From Candidatus Bathyarchaeota archaeon (GTDB lineage: Archaea; Thermoproteota; Bathyarchaeia; Bathyarchaeales; Bathycorpusculaceae), in contig OY969706.1 in the NCBI GenBank assembly GCA_963702095.1, positions 672,001 to 736,000 on the forward strand: a stretch of DNA of 64,000 nucleotides, given 5' to 3'. Positions 9,604-19,873 of the stretch are shown piece by piece (the first letter of the stretch is position 1; every line of letters begins with the position of its first letter). The position numbers were made by a program, and so were the translations under genes. The notes under the pieces are model-generated. The model did no database searches, was not told the DNA's origin, and saw nothing but the letters and a program-made list of their open reading frames with translations.

Positions 9604-10902
9604 TTGGGTGGCAACGAAGAAGAAATTTACTCAATCATGTTTACGTCGCTTAAGCATCCAGTACGCCGCAGAATCCTGCGTATGCTAAACGATAAGCCTA
9701 TGGCTTTTATGGAGATGGTAGAGTTGATCGGCGTCTCCAGTTCACATTTAACTTACCATCTGGAAAGCCTCGGCGAACTGGTCTACAAGATGGATGACGG
9801 CAGGTACAGGCTGTCAAGTTTCGGCAAAGCAACGGTGAGCGCCATGAAGGGCGTGGAAGAAGCGCCTGAACTTGAAACTCGACGCCCCAAAAAGATGGCG
9901 TTCAAATGGAAAGCCACCATCGCCGCGTTGTTGGTGGCGGTTCTGGTTCTCTCCGTTTTTGCAGGCCTCCAATACGGCAACCTTACCCAGCTTGCAGCCA
10001 GCCACGACAGCCTCTCCGCAGAAAACCAGCAGTTGCTCTCCTGGGGGTTTGGCACAAACAAAGTCGCCGATATCCTTCGAGACATAGTCCAACTTGACAC
10101 TAACTATTACAAGATAACTTTGTTGAGCAACACGTTGGAGTACCGCACCGACATCGGCGTCACTGAAGAAGTCATCAAATACACTTTAACCGACCCAGAC
10201 GGCAGCGATGTACAAGTTTTGGCGCCGCTAGACGTTAACTTCCGCTTCAGAGAAAACCACCTCTCCCGCTACCAACTCATCATGGACGAAAACACCATCC
10301 CCCTACTCAAACAGTACCCCTCCAGCAGTGTACTTGAAGCTGCAAAAGACACCTTAAACCGCTACAAAACCTACAGTGGCGATTACTACCTCGACGACAT
10401 GGCAACTATGTTGGAGTCAGTGAACCAAACCGAAGACACCACAGTTGTGGCGGATAACATGAAACTCCAAATCACGCTGACAGGGAACAACGCGGAGTTC
10501 CTCTGGATGTACACTGAGAGGGGCATAGATTTCTCGGCGAAAAGCCTTCGCTTGGATTTCCAAAACCGCGTCTTAACAGACTTAATCGACGGTTACTTCC
10601 TCTTCACAGTGGGCAACGCAGACCTCAACCTAAACCAAGACCAAGCCATAACAGCCGCCAAAAACTACGTCAAAACACTGGTCTGGACCATCGACGGCAA
10701 ACAAACCAGCGGCTTCAACCCCCAAGACGTCATATCAGTCCAACTGATGCCTCATCCACACCCCAAATCCGCGGCGCTGGTGCCATACTGGTACATTGTG
10801 CTGCAACTAGACAAAACCTACGCTGGTGGCATAAACGAGGCAACCGTAGGCATTTACGGTGACACAGGCGAAATTGCTGACATCCAGATGTTAAGCGGTT
10901 AG
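9604..10902 (+). CDS. ArsR-like wHTH regulator fused to a TM helix and a large extracellular domain
   Basis: SLKHPVRRRILRML...SSSHLTYHLESL wHTH; TM segment ATIAALLVAVLVLSVFAGL; soluble C-terminal region. Confidence 0.8.
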   Translation: MGGNEEEIYSIMFTSLKHPVRRRILRMLNDKPMAFMEMVELIGVSSSHLTYHLESLGELVYKMDDGRYRLSSFGKATVSAMKGVEEAPELETRRPKKMAFKWKATIAALLVAVLVLSVFAGLQYGNLTQLAASHDSLSAENQQLLSWGFGTNKVADILRDIVQLDTNYYKITLLSNTLEYRTDIGVTEEVIKYTLTDPDGSDVQVLAPLDVNFRFRENHLSRYQLIMDENTIPLLKQYPSSSVLEAAKDTLNRYKTYSGDYYLDDMATMLESVNQTEDTTVVADNMKLQITLTGNNAEFLWMYTERGIDFSAKSLRLDFQNRVLTDLIDGYFLFTVGNADLNLNQDQAITAAKNYVKTLVWTIDGKQTSGFNPQDVISVQLMPHPHPKSAALVPYWYIVLQLDKTYAGGINEATVGIYGDTGEIADIQMLSG

Positions 10903-11457
10903 TACTGCAATGTAACAGTTTACGGCCTCGTCGTCCACGAACGCTTCAACTTGTAAGTCGCTGTTTTCCAGCAAATCCATGAACTCTTCAAGCTTAAACG
11001 CTTTTTTTAGCCCCGTCACCACAACTTTTCCTCCTGCCCCAACCGCCCTTGATAGTTCAGCTAAAGTCAAAACTGGGTTAGGCATGTTCTGCAGCATCGT
11101 CAACGCAAACACCGCATCAAACAAGCCGTCCACAAAAGGCAAATGGTCAGCGTCCGCCTGCACCACAAAAACCCCGCCTCCTCCCCTCACACGCGCATTA
11201 GCTATAAGCAGCAATCCATGAGACAAGTCGACGCCCACAACCATCTTAGCTTCACTGGCTAAGTGGCTAAACAGCAAGCCCGAACCGCACCCCACATCCA
11301 AAACCACCCTGCCAGAAACCCCCACTTTATCAAGTGCTACTTGGTACTTGCGGTTCTGCTCTTCCCCATAGCGCTCATCGTAAATGTCTGCAGTGGCATC
11401 GTAGGCATGCTTTACTCTGCGTTTCTCACTCCAAGCCATTGCGTGTCTGTCCTTCAA
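10891..11457 (-). CDS. Class I SAM-dependent methyltransferase
   Basis: VLDVGCGSG motif I, VGVDLS, ADADHLPF...FDAVF; true start may be the second Met. Confidence 0.9.
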   Translation of the reverse strand: MKDRHAMAWSEKRRVKHAYDATADIYDERYGEEQNRKYQVALDKVGVSGRVVLDVGCGSGLLFSHLASEAKMVVGVDLSHGLLLIANARVRGGGGVFVVQADADHLPFVDGLFDAVFALTMLQNMPNPVLTLAELSRAVGAGGKVVVTGLKKAFKLEEFMDLLENSDLQVEAFVDDEAVNCYIAVLTA

Positions 11458-11504
11458 GAAATCTTATGTACCCAAGCAGCTCCCTAAATACATGGCGCAT
11501 AAAA

Positions 11505-12290
11505 ATGGCGGCGGCAACCAACAAACTCAGCGTACTCAAAGAACCCACATTAGCGGAAGCTGCCATAGTCATCGAAAAAGCCTTCTCCGCTCGGCGAACA
11601 CTCGTAGTCGCAGGCAAATGCCATGTACACTACGTGGGCAGGGCAAATTCGACGCTGGAAAACGGCGAACGCCTACTCATCATCAAATCCGACGGCAGCC
11701 TCCTTGTGCATCGCCCAACAGGCTACGAACCCGTCAACTGGCAACCCTCAGGAGCAGTATTCCATGTGGAGGTCAAAGATAACAAGTTAGAAGTGCATGG
11801 CATCCGGCAGAAGCCGCATGAAACCGTCAGGGTGACTTTTGTGGATGTACTGATGGTTTCAGCATTGAACCTCTCTGATGCGGGTGAGTTTATTCTGCAT
11901 GCCAGCGAAGATGACATGCACCGCGCAATACTGCTTAAACCTGAACTGTTTGAAACGGGGTTTAAACCGATAAGTTGGGAGAAGCATGTGGAACCCGGAT
12001 TTGTCGACATCTACGGAGAAGACCGCGACGGCAAACTCGTCATCATCGAAGTTAAACGCAAAACCGCCACCAAAGACAACGCACTGCAACTATCTAAATA
12101 CATTGAACCCATCAAAGCCAAAGTAAACCGTCCCATACGCGCTGTCTTGGTTGCGCCGAGCCTTGCCAAAGATGTGCAGCGGCTGCTGGTATCTATGGGG
12201 CTGGAGTTTAAAGCGTTAGACCCCAAAGATTGCGCAGTTGTCCTCAAAAAAGCCAGCGCATCCAAGTTGGAATCGTTCTTTGAGAATTAA
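11505..12290 (+). CDS. nucS: Endonuclease NucS/EndoMS (mismatch-specific)
   Basis: CxVxYxGRAxSxL, RLLIIKxDGSLLVH, PVNWQP, GFVDI...IIEVKR...QLSKY; C-terminal PIP-box-like KLESFF; start taken at ATG 11505. Confidence 0.95.
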   Translation: MAAATNKLSVLKEPTLAEAAIVIEKAFSARRTLVVAGKCHVHYVGRANSTLENGERLLIIKSDGSLLVHRPTGYEPVNWQPSGAVFHVEVKDNKLEVHGIRQKPHETVRVTFVDVLMVSALNLSDAGEFILHASEDDMHRAILLKPELFETGFKPISWEKHVEPGFVDIYGEDRDGKLVIIEVKRKTATKDNALQLSKYIEPIKAKVNRPIRAVLVAPSLAKDVQRLLVSMGLEFKALDPKDCAVVLKKASASKLESFFEN

Positions 12291-12344
12291 TGCCTCCATA
12301 TACGCTTAAATCACCGCATAGCTTCTGCTTTTTTGGTGGTAGCA

Positions 12345-12890
12345 ATGAATTTTTGGAGGCAAATCCCCGCAGGCGCTAATCCGCCGCTGGAACTCAATAT
12401 GGTTATAGAAGTTAATAGTGGTTCCCGGAGCAAGTTTGAGTACAAGTCTGAGTGGGAAGCCTTTGTACTAAATCGCATCGTGCCCTCGTCGGTGGTGTTT
12501 CCAGTCGAATATGGGTTTGTCCCCCAGTCCCTCTGCGTAGACGGTGATCCACTTGACATTATGGCGCTCTCTTTTGCGCCTCTGGTGGTGGGAACGGTTG
12601 CGCCGGTCCGCGTGATGGGGGTGTTGGTTATGGAGGATGAGGCGGGCTTGGATTCAAAAATTCTCTCTGTACTCGCCAACGATAGGCGTTTTGAAGGTTA
12701 TAACGACTTAGCTGACGTGCAGGAGCATCAGTTGACTGAGATATTAGAGTTCTTTGAGACGTACAAGCGCCTGCAACCATGTAGTTGGGTTAAAGTTAGA
12801 GGCTGGCAGAACAAGGCAGCAGCGATAGAAGTAGTTTTAGAAGCTATAAAAAGCTACCAAACGAACTTAGCTACTAATGAACTCAATTAA
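12345..12890 (+). CDS. ppa: Family I inorganic pyrophosphatase
   Basis: YGFVPQSL, DGDPLD, MEDEAGLDSKI, FFETYKRL motifs. Confidence 0.92.
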   Translation: MNFWRQIPAGANPPLELNMVIEVNSGSRSKFEYKSEWEAFVLNRIVPSSVVFPVEYGFVPQSLCVDGDPLDIMALSFAPLVVGTVAPVRVMGVLVMEDEAGLDSKILSVLANDRRFEGYNDLADVQEHQLTEILEFFETYKRLQPCSWVKVRGWQNKAAAIEVVLEAIKSYQTNLATNELN

Positions 12891-13135
12891 CCGGCAAGTT
12901 GCTGCTCTTAGGGGTTTCTTAATCGCTTAAAAGGTCTCAGGTACTTTTTGCTTGGGTAATCATTTAATGAGCTTGTATTCTTCAAGCAACCAAGGTTAAT
13001 TTGGGTGTGGTTTTTAGTGATGACTTCATTTTCCGAGGAGTTAGTGTATTTCTGGTGTACATGTTTGCACTAAACATATCTCACCAATAATGTTTATTAA
13101 GTCTCACTATAAACTATGCAGAGGAAGGGCAAAAT

Positions 13136-13590
13136 ATGGTAAACCCGATCAAGACCTCAAAATTCGTAGTAATAGCACTAACTATAACGGCAATTGTCCT
13201 AACTTCAACAACGGTCGCAGTTCTTACAGTCAACCAAAACGTGTCCTCATCAGGAACCGTTAGTACCTCCCCAAACATAGGCGTCTACTCAGACAGCGGC
13301 TGCACCCAAAATAAGACAGCAATAAACTGGGGTACGATAGCACTGGAGCTAGTACAACACAAACAATATATGTTAAAAATACTGGGACTGCAACAATGAC
13401 GTTAGGACTGTCCGTGACTAACTGGTCACCAGCCTCAGCAAGCACACACATAAGTGTTGCGTGGAACAAACAAAATACACCGCTCTCACCCGGGCAATCG
13501 ACCGCTGCAATACTCACATTAACGATAGATTCCGGCATTACAGACGTAACAGATTTCAGTAACAGTATAACAATTTCAGGAACCGGTTAA
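13136..13590 (+). pseudogene. Small secreted beta-rich (Ig-like) protein split by a 1-nt frameshift near 13343
   Basis: ORFs 13136..13399 and 13396..13590 join as ...INWGTIA[P]GASTTQTIYVKNTGTATMTL... if one base is restored; N-terminal hydrophobic helix. Confidence 0.75.
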
Positions 13591-13958
13591 ATACAATTGA
13601 CCTGTTTTGCTGACAAGAATTAGACTTGGTCAAGATGTAGGTAGACAAGTTCACCTTTTGCTTGTGCTGGGTTTTTTCTTTTATTTTTTTAGACTTAAGT
13701 ATCATATATATCAATTCAGAGGAAAAATGTTTTTTTTAGATAGTTTAAGGGCGCAGACAAAATAAGTACTAATTTCCTTGTAGAATCAGGTTCAAAAATT
13801 ATGGAGTTAGTCAAATATAGCAATGTAGGGCTTCTTGTTTTACTAGCAAGTTTGTTGTTATTGGTGGTAATTTACGCTATTTTCCGTTTGAAACTTATAA
13901 AAATTTTTTACTTTACTCCGAGCTTTTTAATTCAACGCTAGCCAATGACTTCCTTTTT

Positions 13959-14420
13959 TTAATTCGTTTTAAACCGCCTTTTTGTAACGGTCAATTGCTT
14001 TTTTACCTCATAATTAGCAAGTCCATTGTATTTGAGTATCTGACTGCTTTGATTTAGTATATGTATTGCGAAATTATCGATAAATCTTTGGTTCAACTGT
14101 TCATGTACAGTTAACTTCTCTTGACAAGATTTATGCTGTTGCTCTGCCCATAGGCCGGTATTCAGAAAAGTATGACTTGTACCGTCAATAGTTATATCTA
14201 TCAGACAGTTTCGATTTGTTTCTAACTCAACTGTTTTAACGATGCCTGGACCTTTGATTTCAAGAACTATTTTCCCCTTGTCAGGATTTATTTCCTGCTC
14301 AAATTTTGATATTTCCGGAATCAGCTTAATGGTGACTTTGCGGAAAAGCAGATAAGTAATAATTATAATTAATACAAAAAGAAGCGCTGTAATAATCGTC
14401 CAATCTTCGATTTGAATCAT
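13959..14420 (-). CDS. Hypothetical N-terminally membrane-anchored protein
   Basis: Hydrophobic helix WTIITALLFVLIIIITYLLF followed by a soluble beta-rich region. Confidence 0.6.
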   Translation of the reverse strand: MIQIEDWTIITALLFVLIIIITYLLFRKVTIKLIPEISKFEQEINPDKGKIVLEIKGPGIVKTVELETNRNCLIDITIDGTSHTFLNTGLWAEQQHKSCQEKLTVHEQLNQRFIDNFAIHILNQSSQILKYNGLANYEVKKQLTVTKRRFKTN

Positions 14421-14684
14421 GCTAACATTGTTGTATGGGCTTAGGAGATAAATATTTTCTTAACCGCTTTAGTCTACTTATCACGTCTAGCGTGGTTCTA
14501 CTCAGGTGAAGAATTTAGAGTGGATGTATTATTCAAGCCAAACAACAATTGCGGTTTAACTTTCGTTCGCTAAGTGCTTTAGATACATGGCAACTTTGCA
14601 ATAAATAGGTTAGACTCCTGATTTGCGTTACAAAAATTTTTATTAGGCTATCGAGTTAGCTATAATACGAGTGGGGAGCAAAAA

Positions 14685-15017
14685 ATGGTGAGACGGTCTG
14701 TACTTGAAAGTATATTAAAAGAAATGATTACTATTCGTCAACGGCTTGACGAAATCGAGAGAAATTACTCAAAATTGCAGTCCAAGCCTATTGACCTTCA
14801 GGAACCGGAACTTATTGCTCTACCTGATCATCTTAGAAAAAGCTTCATTATAGTTGCCTCTAAGGGGGAGTGCGATGCCTCTATAGTTTCTAATCTATCA
14901 GGTCGTTGCCGTGCTATTGAGAGCAATTATCTCAATCAGTTGGAACGAATGGGTTGGGTTAGTAAGCGCCGAGTATCAAAAGTGGTTTATTTTAGACCTT
15001 GCGTAGAGAATTTTTGA
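14685..15017 (+). CDS. Small coiled-coil plus wHTH transcription regulator (copy 1)
   Basis: LPDHLRKS...GECDA...SGRCRAIESNYLNQLERMG; close paralog of 42573..42938. Confidence 0.8.
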   Translation: MVRRSVLESILKEMITIRQRLDEIERNYSKLQSKPIDLQEPELIALPDHLRKSFIIVASKGECDASIVSNLSGRCRAIESNYLNQLERMGWVSKRRVSKVVYFRPCVENF

Positions 15018-15305
15018 TTCATTTTCAGCCCTTTTAGGCTGTGAGAGAGATCTCAACTTGTGGGTCTGCTTCTCAATTTTACATATTTTAAGACTAACAA
15101 TCTTGATGATATTAATCTGAATCATATATTGCGAATTATACAACAATCAATTGCCCCTTTCTTAACAATGTGCTCTTCCAGCGAAATGCTTATCTTAACT
15201 GCGTTTACTTATTATATGACCTTTTTCAATGCAATATATCGATGAATGTCGAATTGATAAGTTACCTCAAACAGACATTAAAGCCCCCTCAGCATAAAGA
15301 GGCAT

Positions 15306-15875
15306 GTGATAATGGCAAATCTTAGCATGAAACTCTCCACTCTTTTGCTTATAATAGTGGGTCTTCTGACGATTCTGCTATCTTTGCCGTTTAATGCGAT
15401 TTACGTGACATATACTGGGTTAGGCATTCTGTTTTGGGGAATAATTCTCGTTTCCATAATGAAGACTAATCCTTCGACAATGCAAAATGAAATAGAAAGA
15501 GAAATCGAGAATATGCCGAAAAGATATAACTCGGCTGATACTAATAAAAACGGTCGGAAAATCGAGTATGAGAATCTGATCTGTGAGAACGGAAGAACTC
15601 CCAATTCAACGAAAATAAGATTAAACGACTTCCGACTTAATGAAAATTTAAGCTTTACTGAAGAAATGCTAAACAATAACGAATATCAATCAGTTGATAA
15701 ACCTTTCAACATAATTGATAACGGATTTAGAAAAAGAGATGCTCTAACGCAGGAAGAACGAAAAAATTCCGTTTATCAAGCAGTAAATCATTTTCCTGAA
15801 AAAAATGTTATACACGCTTCGCTTCAGACTCCAATTCCGCCAACAAGACTTCTGACTATGATGAAAGAAAGATGA
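15306..15875 (+). CDS. Hypothetical protein with two N-terminal TM helices
   Basis: Two hydrophobic helices then a polar tail; ATGA overlap with the next ORF. Confidence 0.55.
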   Translation: MIMANLSMKLSTLLLIIVGLLTILLSLPFNAIYVTYTGLGILFWGIILVSIMKTNPSTMQNEIEREIENMPKRYNSADTNKNGRKIEYENLICENGRTPNSTKIRLNDFRLNENLSFTEEMLNNNEYQSVDKPFNIIDNGFRKRDALTQEERKNSVYQAVNHFPEKNVIHASLQTPIPPTRLLTMMKER

Positions 15876-16138
15876 TAGAGAGGCAGGACCGTGACCGACG
15901 AATTCAAGATAAAAACAAGCGAATTGAAGAACTCTTTGAAGAGCTTGAACATTCTAAAGAGGATACAAAGAAGCTCTTTGAAAAATACAAAAACAATCCC
16001 GTTGAACTGATCGACCCAAAATTAGGAAAGTATGCCTTAGAGATTACCGAGTGCCCTCTCCGTATACGTGATTTACAAGATTGTACCTTTTGTGAAGCAA
16101 AAAATTGTAAAGATAGAATATCGTTAGGGTCCAATTAG
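15872..16138 (+). CDS. Hypothetical coiled-coil protein with a C-terminal Cys cluster
   Basis: Charged heptads followed by CPLRIRDLQDCTFCEAKNC; coupled to the upstream ORF. Confidence 0.55.
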   Translation: MIERQDRDRRIQDKNKRIEELFEELEHSKEDTKKLFEKYKNNPVELIDPKLGKYALEITECPLRIRDLQDCTFCEAKNCKDRISLGSN

Positions 16139-16244
16139 CGACTGAAGAAGGCAGAATCAAAGCCAAGAAGAATATTAGTAATAGTGCTTTTCGGGCCTTT
16201 TCGGATATTTTTATCGGTGAAATGAAAAAAAGGGTGGAAGCTTT

Positions 16245-17267
16245 TTAGGAGTATAGGGCGGAGTAGGCTGTGGCGTATGTGGAGGCTAAAACCATGTTAT
16301 CGACGTATACTGTCATCGGTAGAGTGTTGGGAGTGCCTGAACCGACATATGTGCCTGCGTCGACAAATCCGTTTGCATATTGATCAGAGGGGGCGTAGTT
16401 AGAGTAGTTAGTCACCTTCAAGTTGCCATTTATCCAAAGTTCCAATACACCATTTGAAACTGAATGTATGTGCATTATTGCGGTGAACCATTTGCCTAGG
16501 TAGTTGGTGACGTCTATTGTGTCTCGCCATATCATTCTCCATGAGCCGCCGTTTATCATGCTCCATAGGGTGAATTTGACTGTTCCGTCTGAGAGTTTGT
16601 TGGCCATTAATGCTGCGGGTACGTCGTTTCCGGTCATGCCGTGAATCTGCATTACGTTAACCCAGCCTGAGTTGCCTATTTTTGACACAAAATCAGAAGG
16701 CAAATATATTGCAGCACCGAAGTAGAAGTCCGCTATGTTTCTTGCTGGTGTCCAGCTTATTGCTTTGGCGTGGTTTATTCCTGAGGAGTATGTTACTGTG
16801 GCTTGGGCTGCGTAGTGTCCGGCGAAGACGTTGCTTGTTTCTACGTTTAGGGTGGCGCCGGGGGTTACTTGTGCTTCGCCGTTGGATGTTTTTGCTGTGC
16901 CTGTTAGGTCTTGGAAGTTGCCTTCTTCGAAGTCGGCTTTCCAGTATAGTGTTCCGCTGTCTGGTTTAGTGGTGGGTGAGGGAGTAGGTGATGGTGTTGG
17001 AGTAGGTCGTGTTGTTGGGGTGGGTGTTGAAGTTGGAGAAGGAGTAGCCCTTGGCGAAGAAGTAGGCGTCGGTAACGAAGTTGGTGTTATACTACGCCAT
17101 GCCGAATATCCGTACCAAAATTCACTTTGGTGTGCGTATTGCCCATATCTGAAAGACGGCGTCGCAGCATTGACTGTGTAGTTTGCAGCAGTACTCACCA
17201 AAGAAATGACACTGATAGCCAATAGTACTCCGACAATTGTTTTTACTACTATTCCTTTTTTGTTCAT
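16245..17267 (-). CDS. Secreted protein: PT linker plus polysaccharide-lyase-like/ConA jelly-roll domain (paralog A)
   Basis: Signal peptide; PT linker; ADFEEG, FYFGAAIYLPSDF, NVMQIH, GKWF, ELWING, VYVDNMVLA pattern. Confidence 0.75.
   Translation of the reverse strand: MNKKGIVVKTIVGVLLAISVISLVSTAANYTVNAATPSFRYGQYAHQSEFWYGYSAWRSITPTSLPTPTSSPRATPSPTSTPTPTTRPTPTPSPTPSPTTKPDSGTLYWKADFEEGNFQDLTGTAKTSNGEAQVTPGATLNVETSNVFAGHYAAQATVTYSSGINHAKAISWTPARNIADFYFGAAIYLPSDFVSKIGNSGWVNVMQIHGMTGNDVPAALMANKLSDGTVKFTLWSMINGGSWRMIWRDTIDVTNYLGKWFTAIMHIHSVSNGVLELWINGNLKVTNYSNYAPSDQYANGFVDAGTYVGSGTPNTLPMTVYVDNMVLASTYATAYSALYS
16675..17047. repeat. 373-bp inverted repeat, left copy (partner 35785..36157)
   Basis: Reverse complement matches 35785..36157; the shadow ORFs 16682..16969 and 35863..36150 translate identically. 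Confidence 0.92.
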
Positions 17268-18814
17268 TTTTTGCTCTCTTCCTTAGTTAGGGAGCCCTTG
17301 GCTAGATCTTTTATAGCCTTTTTTGAAAATTTTTCTTTGCTATGCTTGCGAATAGCTGTGCATTTTTGAAAATTTTTTTTCGCATTTTTGCCAATTCTAT
17401 TTGACAAGTTCTTTCAGGGGAGGTATTGGCTAAATTGGTTGTTCATCGCATGCTGAGAGACAGCAAAATGTTGTTATTACTCATAAAACATAAAATCTGT
17501 CCATCGGATTGCTTGTTTGGCTACCTAGGTTATTGAAAGAAAAAACATGCTGTGAGTCAACTAATTATTTGAAAAAAATTACGTAACTTCCTTTATGTGC
17601 CTTTAAATTCGGTCGCCCTTCTCCTTGTAAGGGAAAATACTCTGCCCGAATACAGGCCTAGACGTAGTATGCTTCCAAGGAATAGACCTAAAGGATGGTT
17701 TATGAATTTAAGTATCGAATGCGGAACACATCACTAAAAGTAAGTTCTGTACATTCATGTACAATCGATTATGTTAAAACATATTCTACTTTTTCTCCAT
17801 TCTGGCGTTGTACGCGTACAACCTTTGCCAAAACAGGTAGATAAAGTGAATAGACTTTAATAATATAAAGAAATGTTTGTAACAACAAGAGAACACAGTC
17901 TCATAGTAGAAATTGTTGCCGTCAGGCCCTATCGGCAGGGCGAAGAGGTCGCCTGTAAGTTCCTGCTTTAAGATTGTGTAATTTTTAGGTATATCATAAG
18001 ACAAAAAATGATCCAAATTAATATATTGACTATCTTCAGTCTTTTCTTGCTTACACACCTAGATAATTCTGGAAAATCGTCAATTATAATTGTTATAATT
18101 GTCAAGAAAACTGATGATATTCCAAATAACATAATTATTTCTAAAGGTAAATCGTACAGCTATTGGGTCCCTTCTTATTCCGTCATGCCAAATATTCTGT
18201 TATCTAATATCTCGCTTGCTTTTTTCTTTATAAAATTTTTTATCAAGCAAGCATTATTTTGATTCAAGGTTAGAAAATTATTCCCATATTTGACAGATAG
18301 TACAATTCTGCAAGGGAAGCACCAATCCGACTCTTATGTAATTGGTTAATCACAGCATAGTATGACAAAAAGGTAACATATACCACGTTAAATCTAAGAA
18401 GGCAAGTACTGATTGTCAGTGACTCTATGAAGAGAACACCTGAGCGTTCCCCCGAACTGAACTTATAGTTGTCTGTTCGATGATTGCATAAAGACTTAAG
18501 AGCTATCACCGTAATGAGAATAGCAAGTTTGGTGAAAAGATATAGCCGACCATTCTTATCTGCTTCCATCAGGAAGGGATTTTATCACGGTGGAGTTTCA
18601 AGATAGTATCTTTTTTGAAGTAAAATAATAACTAAGTATACTCTTCTTGGCGGCGAAATATTCAAAGAAGAGTATTTGGAGTTAGCATTCAAAATTGATT
18701 ATTCGTGCCTGAAGAGTAAAATATTTGATACATTCCTTTTATGACGCATATTAAGAAGGGAATAGTTTGAATAGCTGGTTTTGAGGGTTCAAAGCTTTTT
18801 CGGGAGGATGGAGT

Positions 18815-19873
18815 GTGCAAGGAAAAGTCTTAATTGTTTGTATTCTTTTTATACCCTTGTTTGTAAGTCTTTATCTTTATCCTACTGCTGTTGCTCAAGA
18901 AGAGAATACTTCAGCGATTTCAGTCGTTCACATGAGACTTTTAACTTGTTTTGAGTTGGCAAGTCAAGCAGAATCTGAAGGGGCTAACATTACAAGTTTG
19001 AGCTCAAGGCTTAATGCAGCAAGTGATCTTCTGTCTAGAGCTGAAGAGGCGTATGCATCTGGAGATTTTTCTAGTTCGGCAGACTTGGCCGATCAAAGTC
19101 AGGTGGTGCTTGCAAATTTCGAGAGTTCAGCTATTTCTCTCAAAAATTCAGCTATGGAGAGAAATAATAATAGTTTTTGGCTAAATACGGTAGTCCCCAT
19201 TGTTGGATCTATGACAGTTGCAATAATAAGTTTCTTGGTATGGCGGCTGGTAAAAAAACAATATGCTGTTAATACAGCTAAACGATCGAATTTTCATAAG
19301 CTTAAGCTTTCATTTGTTATAATTTCTGCCATAATTGTTCTTTTTATTGCTTCACCCCTATTGCAGCGTGCTTTTACATACCCGCAGACAGAATTTACTG
19401 AGCTGTCCCTTCTAGGTCCTCAGCATTTAATTCAGGATTATCCATATAATATAATTCGAGCAAATGATTATCAAGTATATTTGAATATTACCAATCATTT
19501 GGGGGCATGTGCTTTTTATCAAATACAGGTAAAATTCATAAATGAATCCCAGTCTTCACCAAATATCCTTTCAGGAACCCCTAGCTCTTTAACCTCTCTA
19601 TATAGCGTTGAAGCATTTGTTCCAGATAAAACAAGTTGGGAATTACCGGTAAAATTAAGTCTAAACTACTCGATTGTAGATAATAAGGTCCTCTTCAATG
19701 AACTAAGCCTGAATAGTAAATCTATAACTTTGGGAGGTCTCTCTTCAGAGCGAAATTCAATAGATAATTCTCTTTATGGAAATTTAATTTTTGAACTTTG
19801 GATTTACAACGCAACTATTGGCAATTTTCAGTATAATCAACGATTTGTTGATTTGAAACTTAACATGACTTAG
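18815..19873 (+). CDS. Membrane protein with a DUF1616-like C-terminal domain
   Basis: Signal peptide, helical domain, two TM helices, then EFTELSLLGP...DYPYNI...YLNITNHLG...LIFELWIY. Confidence 0.7.
   Translation: MQGKVLIVCILFIPLFVSLYLYPTAVAQEENTSAISVVHMRLLTCFELASQAESEGANITSLSSRLNAASDLLSRAEEAYASGDFSSSADLADQSQVVLANFESSAISLKNSAMERNNNSFWLNTVVPIVGSMTVAIISFLVWRLVKKQYAVNTAKRSNFHKLKLSFVIISAIIVLFIASPLLQRAFTYPQTEFTELSLLGPQHLIQDYPYNIIRANDYQVYLNITNHLGACAFYQIQVKFINESQSSPNILSGTPSSLTSLYSVEAFVPDKTSWELPVKLSLNYSIVDNKVLFNELSLNSKSITLGGLSSERNSIDNSLYGNLIFELWIYNATIGNFQYNQRFVDLKLNMT

Noticed and set aside
6096-12290. SMC operon plus NucS as a Wadjet-like defence system
   Set aside because: No JetD/Toprim gene; nucS is separated by two unrelated genes and is a common housekeeping repair gene; the region looks like core genome.
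515-12679. Many overlapping antisense and alternate-frame ORFs (e.g. 1815..2495, 2729..3286, 6134..6664, 12311..12679)
   Set aside because: Shadows of well-supported genes, with no motifs of their own.
17300-18800. Short ORFs 17786..18058, 18008..18262 and 18270..18569
   Set aside because: AT-rich, mutually overlapping, no recognisable motifs; possibly decayed DNA but not supportable as genes.
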